This document shows, in pieces, positions 37,167-45,600 of a stretch of DNA of 64,000 nucleotides. Origin of the DNA: Candidatus Latescibacterota bacterium (GTDB lineage Bacteria; Latescibacterota; UBA2968; UBA8231). How positions within the stretch are numbered: the stretch's first letter is position 1; each line of letters starts with the position of its first letter. The stretch spans positions 224,001 through 288,000 of the forward strand of contig OZ241362.1 in assembly GCA_965200315.1 (NCBI GenBank), given 5' to 3'. Under the pieces are notes generated by a model that was given only the letters and a program-made list of their open reading frames with translations, was not told the DNA's origin and searched no databases. The position numbers and the translations under genes are program-made.

Positions 37167-38551
37167 TTAAATGGGTTTCATTCGCACTGAGCGTCGCACT
37201 GGCAGCCGGCTGTCAGACCGAGCCGGAAGTTCCGCCCGCTCAGCCTGTAGTGCAGCCGCCTCCGGTTGAGGACCCGCTGCTGATCGGACGCGTCCTGTTG
37301 CGGCAGAAGCGCTACGCGGACGCGCTTGAGATATACGGGGAAGCGCGGAAGCGTCATCCCCAGTCGGGCGAGGTGCTGGCCACGCTGGGCCGGATTCACT
37401 TGGCCTTGGGCCAGCCCGAAGAAGCGATCCAATTCTACGAAATGGCCGTGGCCCTCGAATCCGAGCAGCCTGAATGGCTCGTCGCCTTGGGCAATGTGCA
37501 TCTGAAGCTGAGCCGCTACGACGAAGCCCACGCCGCGTTTGCCTCGGCCTTGGCCTTGGACTCGACGTACGCGCCAGCGCGGCGCAACAAAGCGGCGGTG
37601 TACAGCAAGCAGGGGCGATTGGGCGACGCCGCGCACGAATACGAGTGCGCCTTGGCACTGCGGCCCGAGCACCTCCACACCCGCTTCAACCTCGGGCTGG
37701 TGTACGCCAGCTTGGGGCGCTATGCCGACGCCAGCGAGGCCCTGCAACAGGTCTTGGTGGCAGCGCCGAAAAACGCGCGTGCGCTCTACGCGATGGGGGA
37801 GATCAAGCTCCAAGAGGGCGATGGCGAGGGAGCCGTCGAGTACTTTGAGCGCACGCTGGCAGCCGACACCACATACGCGGAAGCGCATCTGCAACTGGGG
37901 AGGATTCAGATGAGCCAAAACGATCTGGCGGCTGCGGCCGAGCACTTCCGCCGGGCCATCCTAATCGAACCCGGGCTGTCCGAGTCCTTCCGTCTGCTGG
38001 GCCAAATCCACCTGCGGCAGGGCCGCGAGACAGCCGGCGAAAAATCCCTCGCCGCCTACGAAAAGGTCAAGCAGGTCGAGGGGGATATCCTGCGCTATCG
38101 CGAGCGACTGCGCAGCGATTCAGACGACGCTGAAGCTCATTATAGTTTGGGTTTTGTGTACAACCGCTTGGGGTTTACCGGCGTGGCTCTGCCGCACTAT
38201 GCCCAAGCCGTGCGAATCAATCCCGCGCATCTGCGGGCGCTGAACAACATGGGCAACATCTACTTGCGCACCGGACATTTCGATCAAGCGGCAGCGGCCT
38301 ATCAGCAGATTGTCGAACAAGACCCCGAGCATGTGGCCGCCTTTGCGGCCCTTGGACAAGTCTATTTGAATCAGCAGCTCACGGATGAAGCCATCGCCAT
38401 GCTCAATCGCGCCCTCGCGCTCGACGAAAACTGGCTCGGTGCCCACCAAGCCTTGGCCGAAGCCTACAAACGGCTGGGTCAGATTGCCAAAAGCGAAGAA
38501 CACAAACGCATGGCCGACGCCTTGCTTAGAAAGCGAAAAGATGACCAATAA
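37163..38551 (+). CDS. TPR-repeat lipoprotein
   Basis: LAAGC lipobox; many TPR units. Confidence 0.9.
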   Translation: MIKWVSFALSVALAAGCQTEPEVPPAQPVVQPPPVEDPLLIGRVLLRQKRYADALEIYGEARKRHPQSGEVLATLGRIHLALGQPEEAIQFYEMAVALESEQPEWLVALGNVHLKLSRYDEAHAAFASALALDSTYAPARRNKAAVYSKQGRLGDAAHEYECALALRPEHLHTRFNLGLVYASLGRYADASEALQQVLVAAPKNARALYAMGEIKLQEGDGEGAVEYFERTLAADTTYAEAHLQLGRIQMSQNDLAAAAEHFRRAILIEPGLSESFRLLGQIHLRQGRETAGEKSLAAYEKVKQVEGDILRYRERLRSDSDDAEAHYSLGFVYNRLGFTGVALPHYAQAVRINPAHLRALNNMGNIYLRTGHFDQAAAAYQQIVEQDPEHVAAFAALGQVYLNQQLTDEAIAMLNRALALDENWLGAHQALAEAYKRLGQIAKSEEHKRMADALLRKRKDDQ

Positions 38552-40283
38552 CGTGAGAAAATGGGTAGGGCTTGCAGCCTGTGCATTCCTTTTTTGTTGT
38601 GCCCAAGAGCCGGCGGCCCCAGTCTCCGAAGGGGGCGGTTTAGTGGTGACTGGTACGGCCTTGGCCCAAGTAGGCGACGATCGGATTGACGAACGCGAAT
38701 TCCGCCGCTACGAAGCCCGGATCCAACCTCAGCACCGCTCGGGAGCGCAAGGCGTGGAAAAGCACCGCGAGCACCTGATGAGTTTGATCGATATCAAGCT
38801 CATGGTGCGCGAGGCGCGCGTACGCGGACTGGACAAAAATCCCGAATCGATCAAGGCTGTAGAACTCGCCCGGCACAAGGCCATGATCGAAGCCTATATA
38901 CGCGAGCAAGTCGGTCTGCAAATCGAGATTTCCGAAGACGAGTTGCGCACCAATTTTGCTGCGCATCCGGCCCGGTACGCCGTGCGCGGGGCGCACATCC
39001 TGCTCGACAGCCGCGCTCGCGCCGATTCCATCTACGCGGAGATCGCATCCGGCCGAGTTACTTTTGAGGACATGGCACACAAGCACTCGCTGGACGAGGC
39101 GACGGCGGCCGCTGGGGGCTGGTTTGACTCGTACTATGCCTTCGACCGGGTCTCAGACCGAGTGTACGAGCGCGTGTTCTCGTTGGACGTAGGCGAGGTC
39201 AGCCAGCCTTTCCGCACGCCCCAAGGCTGGGAAATTGCCAAGGTAGTAGATAAGAAATTGGTGCCTTTTGAAAAGTACCGCACGGTGATCCAGCGGGCGA
39301 CTTTTCTCGAAAAAATCGAGAACTTGCGCAGCGAGCACATCGACGAGCTCGTCGCCGAGAGCGGCTTGCGCCCGGTGGAGCAGCAGATGCGGCGCTTTGT
39401 CGCGGCTTGGAACGAGCAGCCTGGCGCACCGCAGCTAACGCCCGAGGAGTGGGCCGCCCCGCTCTACGAGTACGATGGCGGCGTCATCACCGTGCAGCAG
39501 GGCAGCAATTTGTTGCACAATTCGCGGCTGGGCCGCGCCCAAATCGACAGCGCCTTGCTCGACGACCTCGTGCGTCGCCGTGGAGCACCTGACCTGCTGT
39601 TGGGCTTGGCGGCCGAGCGCGATGGATACGCCGAGCAGCCCGAAGTGCAGGAGCAGGTGGCAGCCGAACAGGAGCGCCTGCTGCTGCAAGGGCTGTGGGA
39701 AGAGCTGATTGAAGACGCCTTAGAGGTGAGCGAAGAGGAAGTACGCGCTCACTACGATGCGCATCCCGATATGTACTGGACACCAGAGGAAATCATCGTC
39801 CAAGAAATCATGCTCACCGACGAGTCGCTTGCGCAAGAGCTGATGGAGCAGATTCGCGCCGGTGCCGACATGGCCGCGCTGGCAACCAAGCACAGCATCC
39901 GCCGCGACGCAGATGAAAACGGCGGCCTCTACGCGCTGCGCGCATTTGAAAAAATCATTTACAAGGAGCTGATGGACGCGGCCATATCTGCGCCCGAAAG
40001 GGAATTACAAGGTCCGATTGAACTAGTCGATCCCTTGCCGGCTTCTCTGCGCGAGCCTCAGCCTTTGGAACGGGCCTTTTCAATCTTCAAGGTCTTGCAG
40101 CGTCGGCCCAAGCGAGTACAAGAATACGACTTGGCCCAACAGAAGGCCCACTATTTGGCCCGCCTAGAAAAACAACAGCGCGAATTGCGCACCCTCAGCC
40201 TGCAGTTGCGCGACAAATGGCACAATGCTTATGGCATCAACGACGACGCGCTCGAAAAGTACGCGCTGGCCAATCCTTCATAA
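38541..40283 (+). CDS. Parvulin-type peptidyl-prolyl isomerase with two PpiC domains (SurA/PrsA-like)
   Basis: AHILL..FEDMAHKHSLD..GG..GEVSQPFRTPQGW and a second QEIML..LATKHS..NGG; Cys-containing signal. Confidence 0.88.
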   Translation: MTNNVRKWVGLAACAFLFCCAQEPAAPVSEGGGLVVTGTALAQVGDDRIDEREFRRYEARIQPQHRSGAQGVEKHREHLMSLIDIKLMVREARVRGLDKNPESIKAVELARHKAMIEAYIREQVGLQIEISEDELRTNFAAHPARYAVRGAHILLDSRARADSIYAEIASGRVTFEDMAHKHSLDEATAAAGGWFDSYYAFDRVSDRVYERVFSLDVGEVSQPFRTPQGWEIAKVVDKKLVPFEKYRTVIQRATFLEKIENLRSEHIDELVAESGLRPVEQQMRRFVAAWNEQPGAPQLTPEEWAAPLYEYDGGVITVQQGSNLLHNSRLGRAQIDSALLDDLVRRRGAPDLLLGLAAERDGYAEQPEVQEQVAAEQERLLLQGLWEELIEDALEVSEEEVRAHYDAHPDMYWTPEEIIVQEIMLTDESLAQELMEQIRAGADMAALATKHSIRRDADENGGLYALRAFEKIIYKELMDAAISAPERELQGPIELVDPLPASLREPQPLERAFSIFKVLQRRPKRVQEYDLAQQKAHYLARLEKQQRELRTLSLQLRDKWHNAYGINDDALEKYALANPS

Positions 40284-40316
40284 CGAAAGAACACAGCGAC
40301 GCTTCAGTAAATTTTT

Positions 40317-40340
40317 TATACTATATATAGATATAGTATA
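40317..40340. promoter_or_regulatory. Perfect AT-rich palindrome, candidate operator
   Basis: TATACTATAT-ATAG-ATATAGTATA, immediately before the RBS (GGGAG) of 40356. Confidence 0.55.
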
Positions 40341-40355
40341 TCGGGAGTAAGAACC

Positions 40356-42401
40356 ATGAAACATCTAGCAAATTTGTGGCTTTGGTTGTTCGCAGTGGCA
40401 TCGGCTACGAGCGCGGCGGCGGACATTTTTTTGTGGCAGATCGGCGGCAGCGGCCTTCGCTGGGCCGATAGCGACTCGGCCCAAGTAATGATTGACTTTA
40501 CCGGACCGAATAACTCGATCCAGCCAGTACTGGTGAGTTCAGATACGACGGTCTTTCCGCTGCTCGAGAATTGGTCGCCGAAAAAGGCTCCGGACGAGTT
40601 GGGTTTTGTCGATGGCGAGCGTCCCCGCGCTTGGAAGGGTTGCTGTGGCACCTCTTCGACGGTTGACAACGCGCTCAACCTCATCGACGGCAATGGCGCG
40701 ACGTACAATCCGGTGACCAGCAACAGCATTAACAGCGAGTACTACACCATTGATTTGGGAGTGCCGGTGCCGTTATTCCGCTTTGCCATGAGCACGCCGG
40801 ATAAGGGATTTTTCCGCTCGGACGGAACCCCGCTAGAAGAGGACGCCATCCCGGCCTTTGAGGTGTCGATCGCCCCAGACACCAACAACGACGTGCTGAA
40901 CACGTCTAATCCCATCGGAGAAGTCATCGTCGAGGTGCGCGAGAATGTCGTCCCCCAGATATCCACGAAATTTCCCTTGCAATACGTGCGCTATGTGCGC
41001 TACAAGCGCAAGAATTCAATCCTCGACGAAGCGACGAATCAGTCGTCTGGGCATTCGGGCACGGCGCGCAAGGGGACGGTGGCCGAGTTCTTCCTCTGGG
41101 GAGAGGGAATCCCCAAGCGGGCCACGTACAAGACGGTCATTTTCGACTTAGGCACGGTCGTCAACTTCGGGCGGCTGTTCTGGAAGGCTACGTCCATGCG
41201 CCTGGTCAACGGCGTGGCCGAGGAAGCCCCGGACGCCAACGCGCAGATCGAGGTCGAAGCGCGCACCGGGATTGATGCGGATCCTGACCTCTACTACGAG
41301 TTTACGGACATGGGGACGCGCGTCGTCGTCGAGCAACAGCGCTATCAGGGTGTGCTGAAAAACCAGAGCGCGGCCGTTACTAATGCCGACGGGCTGGGCG
41401 GCACTCTGACCCTTTCCACTCGGCCCAAGCCGGGGCTTCGCGCCGGCATTGAGTACGACCAACAAAACTGGACGTTCTGGTCTTTTCCGACGACTGAGTC
41501 CGACCGGCCTCTCAATCTCAACCGGGGATCGCATTTGCAGATCAAGGTAGTGCTGCACAGCGAGCGGTTCGACGAGTTTGTGCGCCTCGATTCCCTGTGG
41601 ATCGAGACCTCGCCGATCTTGGCCAGCCGCGTCGTAGCCGAGGTGGCCGAACTCGGCCAGCCCAATCCGGTGCGCGGCGTGGCCGAGGTGGCCTTGGGCG
41701 AGATGACGGACTTCACCTACGACATCAAGGCGGAATTCGCGGCGGGTGAGGTGGGTTTTGACGCTTTGCGGATTAGCACCGGCAGTGCGCAAACCGAGTT
41801 CAAGGAACTGGAACTGGATGGAATTGCAACCAATCCAGCCGGGATAGAGGCTGCCGCTGACGGCTTTGTCGTGCAGCTACCACAGCGCATAAGCCGCGCC
41901 CACAACCCGAGCGTGCGGGTGACCTTTTCCGCCGAGGTCTTCGACTTTGCGCGCACCTTTGAGGGCGAGGTCTTCAACACCGGCAGCGCGGACCTGCCGC
42001 AGCCAGTCGAGGGTGGGGACGTCAGCGATGCGATCGGCACCAATAGTCTGCGAGTCTTGGCTGCGAGCGCGTCCAATCCGCAATTAGTGCAAGATGTGCA
42101 GTTTTCCAGCGGCGTGATCACCCCTAACGACGACGGGGTCAACGATGAGTTGGTCATTTCCTACTCGCTCTTCGCGCTGCCGCAATCGGTGCCGGTGCAG
42201 CTACAAGTGTTCTCGCTGGACGGTCGTCAGGTGGCGCAAGTCCAGCATGGCGAGCAAGGGTCCGGGCCTCAGCAATTGCACTGGGATGGCCGCGACCAGC
42301 GCGGTGAGACGCTCGTTCCCGGCCTGTACCTTTTGGGCATCGGCATCGAAGCCGAAGATAAGAGTGCCCTACAACTGCGGCCCATTAACATCGCTTATTG
42401 A
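40356..42401 (+). CDS. Secreted protein with FlgD-Ig/T9SS type B-like CTD (paralog 2)
   Basis: Signal peptide; LIDGN, TIDLG, WTFWS, GFDALRI, ITPNDDGVND and WDGR motifs; ends NIAY. Confidence 0.82.
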   Translation: MKHLANLWLWLFAVASATSAAADIFLWQIGGSGLRWADSDSAQVMIDFTGPNNSIQPVLVSSDTTVFPLLENWSPKKAPDELGFVDGERPRAWKGCCGTSSTVDNALNLIDGNGATYNPVTSNSINSEYYTIDLGVPVPLFRFAMSTPDKGFFRSDGTPLEEDAIPAFEVSIAPDTNNDVLNTSNPIGEVIVEVRENVVPQISTKFPLQYVRYVRYKRKNSILDEATNQSSGHSGTARKGTVAEFFLWGEGIPKRATYKTVIFDLGTVVNFGRLFWKATSMRLVNGVAEEAPDANAQIEVEARTGIDADPDLYYEFTDMGTRVVVEQQRYQGVLKNQSAAVTNADGLGGTLTLSTRPKPGLRAGIEYDQQNWTFWSFPTTESDRPLNLNRGSHLQIKVVLHSERFDEFVRLDSLWIETSPILASRVVAEVAELGQPNPVRGVAEVALGEMTDFTYDIKAEFAAGEVGFDALRISTGSAQTEFKELELDGIATNPAGIEAAADGFVVQLPQRISRAHNPSVRVTFSAEVFDFARTFEGEVFNTGSADLPQPVEGGDVSDAIGTNSLRVLAASASNPQLVQDVQFSSGVITPNDDGVNDELVISYSLFALPQSVPVQLQVFSLDGRQVAQVQHGEQGSGPQQLHWDGRDQRGETLVPGLYLLGIGIEAEDKSALQLRPINIAY

Positions 42402-42412
42402 GGGAAGCACTC

Positions 42413-44863
42413 ATGTACAACTGTGCCATCGCCTTAGCACTACTACTCGCCTGCCACGCCCGCGCTGAGTTTCTCACCTTTGACCGCCAAGAGACTTGGG
42501 AGGCCAGCTGGTCGCTCAAGCCCCAGTTAAACATCTTCACGCCGGAAGGGCACTTGGGGCTGATCAAGTTCCGCAAGGACATCAACGCCGCGCTCGACGC
42601 CCATCTCTTCGTCCACCCGACCAATGAGCGCGGGGATGTGGCCGGTGGCATCTGGTCTGCGCTGAGCAACCCGAACGACGCTGCTCTAATCATCGACGGG
42701 GATGCCGCTACCTTTTGGCAGCCAGCCGGCGACGACCCGCTCGACAAGTGGATCGTGCAAATCGACTTGGGCCGCGCGGTACTGGCCCAAGAGATCCGCA
42801 TCCACTTCCCCGATGAAGAAGGGGCCAAACCCTTCCGTCAGTTCAGCGTTTTCGCCTCTACGGGTGCCCACGTGGCGGCCTTAGAGGACGTATATCGCTT
42901 CGCGCCGGTCTATCGCACGACCAAGCCCAACTTGGATACGTATGTCAGCTTTGGCTTCAAGCCGGCCGTGGAGGATACCACCCGCGCCGTGGAGCAACTA
43001 GGCGACGCTGGCGGCAATGCGGATTTTGCCGCTCCAGAGTTCACCGGCGATGCCAATACCGCCACCACGGGGGGCCGCAACAAGCTAGTGGCGACCGGCC
43101 AAGAGAATTCGCGGGTGGCCGCTAACTCTAGGTGGCAGATGATCCAGTTCATCCGCTTCCTCGTCGATGAGCACCAGCTCGATGGCGCACTCGCCGAAAT
43201 CGAGGTCATTACCGTTGGCGACAATATCAGCCTTGGGGTCGAGGAAAAGGGCGGCACGTACATCAATGGATCGCGGGCGACCGATCCCTTCTTCTGGCTC
43301 GACGGCAACCTCAATACGTACGGCGTTATCGAGGTACATCAGCAGTTTACCGAGTCGCGCGGCACGGCCTTTGAAGGGGGTTTGTGGTGGCAGGTCGATC
43401 TGGGGGCGACCTACTGGGTGGACGACGCGTTCGTCTATTGGCAAAAAGCTGGTGAGCGTCTCGCTGACTTTCGCTTGGGGACCAACAACGCCGGCACAGG
43501 GTACACCTTTTTCTCTTCCGACGGCACCAAGACCCTGACCGGAGAAATTGACTTTGATACGTGGATTTTTGAACCGGAATGGACCAATGCCCGCGAGCAA
43601 TACAAGCGGCACTACCGATATTTGTTCAATCCGCGCAAGGTGCGGCACATCTTCTGGTTGGCCTTGCACGATTTGGGTTGGCGCGCCCATCCCATGGAGC
43701 TACAGATGTTCTCCCCAGGCTACCCGGCCCAAGTCGTGATCCAATCGAACTTTTTGGACCTGAGTGCGCTCGCAGGCGAACCCAAGGTGATCAAGGCCGT
43801 CCACTACGACGCCGACCTGCCGCCCAATACCCAGATCGAACTGCGCTCCCGCTCGGGCAACGAGATGGGCGAGGTGTACACCTTTCACAACAAAATCGGC
43901 GAAGTAGTAACCGAGGAGAAGTGGAAAAGTTCGCCCAAGGTGCTGCGGGGCCGAGTGGATACCTCGGTCGTCGTCGGGGAGGATTGGAGCGAGTGGAGCA
44001 ACGTGTACAAGCTGTCGGGCGAGCCTTTTAAGTCGGACTCGCCGCGCAAGTTCGTGCAGCTAGAGCTGGTTATGAGCACGGAAGATCCCGAGGTGGCTCC
44101 TACGGTGCGCTCGGTCGAGCTGGAATTTGTCGATGCGCTGGTCAACGAGGCGCACGGGTCGATTCTGCCGCGTCAAGCCAAGCCCAACGAGAATACCCGT
44201 TTCACCTATATGCTGTGGCCGTCCGTGACCTCGGGGAACACGGGCTTTGATCGCCTGCGCTTGGTCGTGCCCGACTTGGTGCGGGCCGATGAAGTCGAGG
44301 TAATGATCGCCGCTCAGGTGGTTGCGCCGACGGCTATGAACATTGCCGCGGATTCGCTGTTGATCGACTTGCCGCAGGTGGTTCAAGGCGACTCGGTGCA
44401 GGTCGCTTTCACTACTCGGATAGTGCGGAACGCCGCAGTCGTAGAAGCCGATCTGGGTCTGAGCGACGCGCCCGGCCTGTGGCAGGACGTCGAGCCTGCC
44501 CAGCGCCGGTCCAACATAGTGCTCTTGCCCGAACTAGCCGATAGCGACCGCTTGATTGGCGACTTGCAGCTTTCGAGCCGAGTGCTCACGCCCAATGGCG
44601 ATGGAGTCAACGATGCAGTGGAGTTGAGCTTTGTCGTCTTCAAGGCCCAAGATGCGGTGCCCATAGTCGAGGTGAGCGACTTAGTCGGCCGGCCAGTGGC
44701 CCAATTGACGCCGATCTCAGAGGGGCCGCCCCACCGTTTTGAGTGGAATGGGCAAGACGCAGCCGGCGCGATTGTGCCTCCGGGCATCTATCTCTGGCGC
44801 ATAGACGTAAATGCGGACTCGGGCGATACCATTGAACTGCGCGTCGTCGAGGTGGCCTACTGA
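42413..44863 (+). CDS. Secreted protein with two discoidin-like regions and FlgD-Ig-like CTD (paralog 3)
   Basis: IIDGD..FWQP, QIDLG, QVDLG, WSEWS, GFDRLRL and LTPNGDGVND motifs; ends EVAY. Confidence 0.82.
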   Translation: MYNCAIALALLLACHARAEFLTFDRQETWEASWSLKPQLNIFTPEGHLGLIKFRKDINAALDAHLFVHPTNERGDVAGGIWSALSNPNDAALIIDGDAATFWQPAGDDPLDKWIVQIDLGRAVLAQEIRIHFPDEEGAKPFRQFSVFASTGAHVAALEDVYRFAPVYRTTKPNLDTYVSFGFKPAVEDTTRAVEQLGDAGGNADFAAPEFTGDANTATTGGRNKLVATGQENSRVAANSRWQMIQFIRFLVDEHQLDGALAEIEVITVGDNISLGVEEKGGTYINGSRATDPFFWLDGNLNTYGVIEVHQQFTESRGTAFEGGLWWQVDLGATYWVDDAFVYWQKAGERLADFRLGTNNAGTGYTFFSSDGTKTLTGEIDFDTWIFEPEWTNAREQYKRHYRYLFNPRKVRHIFWLALHDLGWRAHPMELQMFSPGYPAQVVIQSNFLDLSALAGEPKVIKAVHYDADLPPNTQIELRSRSGNEMGEVYTFHNKIGEVVTEEKWKSSPKVLRGRVDTSVVVGEDWSEWSNVYKLSGEPFKSDSPRKFVQLELVMSTEDPEVAPTVRSVELEFVDALVNEAHGSILPRQAKPNENTRFTYMLWPSVTSGNTGFDRLRLVVPDLVRADEVEVMIAAQVVAPTAMNIAADSLLIDLPQVVQGDSVQVAFTTRIVRNAAVVEADLGLSDAPGLWQDVEPAQRRSNIVLLPELADSDRLIGDLQLSSRVLTPNGDGVNDAVELSFVVFKAQDAVPIVEVSDLVGRPVAQLTPISEGPPHRFEWNGQDAAGAIVPPGIYLWRIDVNADSGDTIELRVVEVAY

Positions 44864-44893
44864 ACTTGAAGCGACCCGCTGGAGTTTGTTGCC

Positions 44894-45547
44894 ATGTTGA
44901 ACATTGTGAGAATTTCCTCGCTAGTTGTATTCATCGCTCTCACGGCCTGTGCCCAAGGATCGGGCGTGGTGTCCAAACGCCAGTTGAACTTATCCAAGCG
45001 TGGGATATCAACGACTCCTCCCAGCGTTACCGAGGGACAGGTCGGGCCTTTGCTGATACGGGGCCGCAGTGCATATCAGGCCGAAGTTGAAAGGACGATA
45101 GAGAGAGCCCAATCCGTGCCCATGGAAGATTCTGGTCTATTCGCCTTTTTCGGCACTGTTGATAAAAGCTATCTCCGATCGCAGGTGACAGATGTCCATC
45201 TGGAGATCATCCCCCGTATCATCGGGGTATTGCAAAGTCAAGGAGATGCCTTTACGAACAAAAATGTATCGCTTGAGTTTGCGGTTTCTTTTGTGATCAC
45301 AGACCTCCATTTTTGGTATGAAGTACCCAGGGATCATCTCAACCATCGGGTGGGCAATGGCTCTATGCACTTGGAGTTAGAAATAAGGCGCTTGGAAACC
45401 AACGAGGTCGAAGCGACGCATTTTTTGATCGAACAGCTAAAAAAACCCGAGTCCGCTGGCATGTACAGGTTGGATGGCCTACTTGATGAGGTCGCACAGC
45501 AGACGGGCCAAGTTGTCGTAGAATTCATGAGGTCGTTGGAACTGTAA
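44894..45547 (+). CDS. Hypothetical lipoprotein (AT-richer insert)
   Basis: LTAC lipobox; composition differs from the flanking paralogs. Confidence 0.65.
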   Translation: MLNIVRISSLVVFIALTACAQGSGVVSKRQLNLSKRGISTTPPSVTEGQVGPLLIRGRSAYQAEVERTIERAQSVPMEDSGLFAFFGTVDKSYLRSQVTDVHLEIIPRIIGVLQSQGDAFTNKNVSLEFAVSFVITDLHFWYEVPRDHLNHRVGNGSMHLELEIRRLETNEVEATHFLIEQLKKPESAGMYRLDGLLDEVAQQTGQVVVEFMRSLEL

Positions 45548-45600
45548 AACCTTCTGGCGATGGGAAGTTTAACTTCAATATCAACGAGGCTTGCAGTAGC

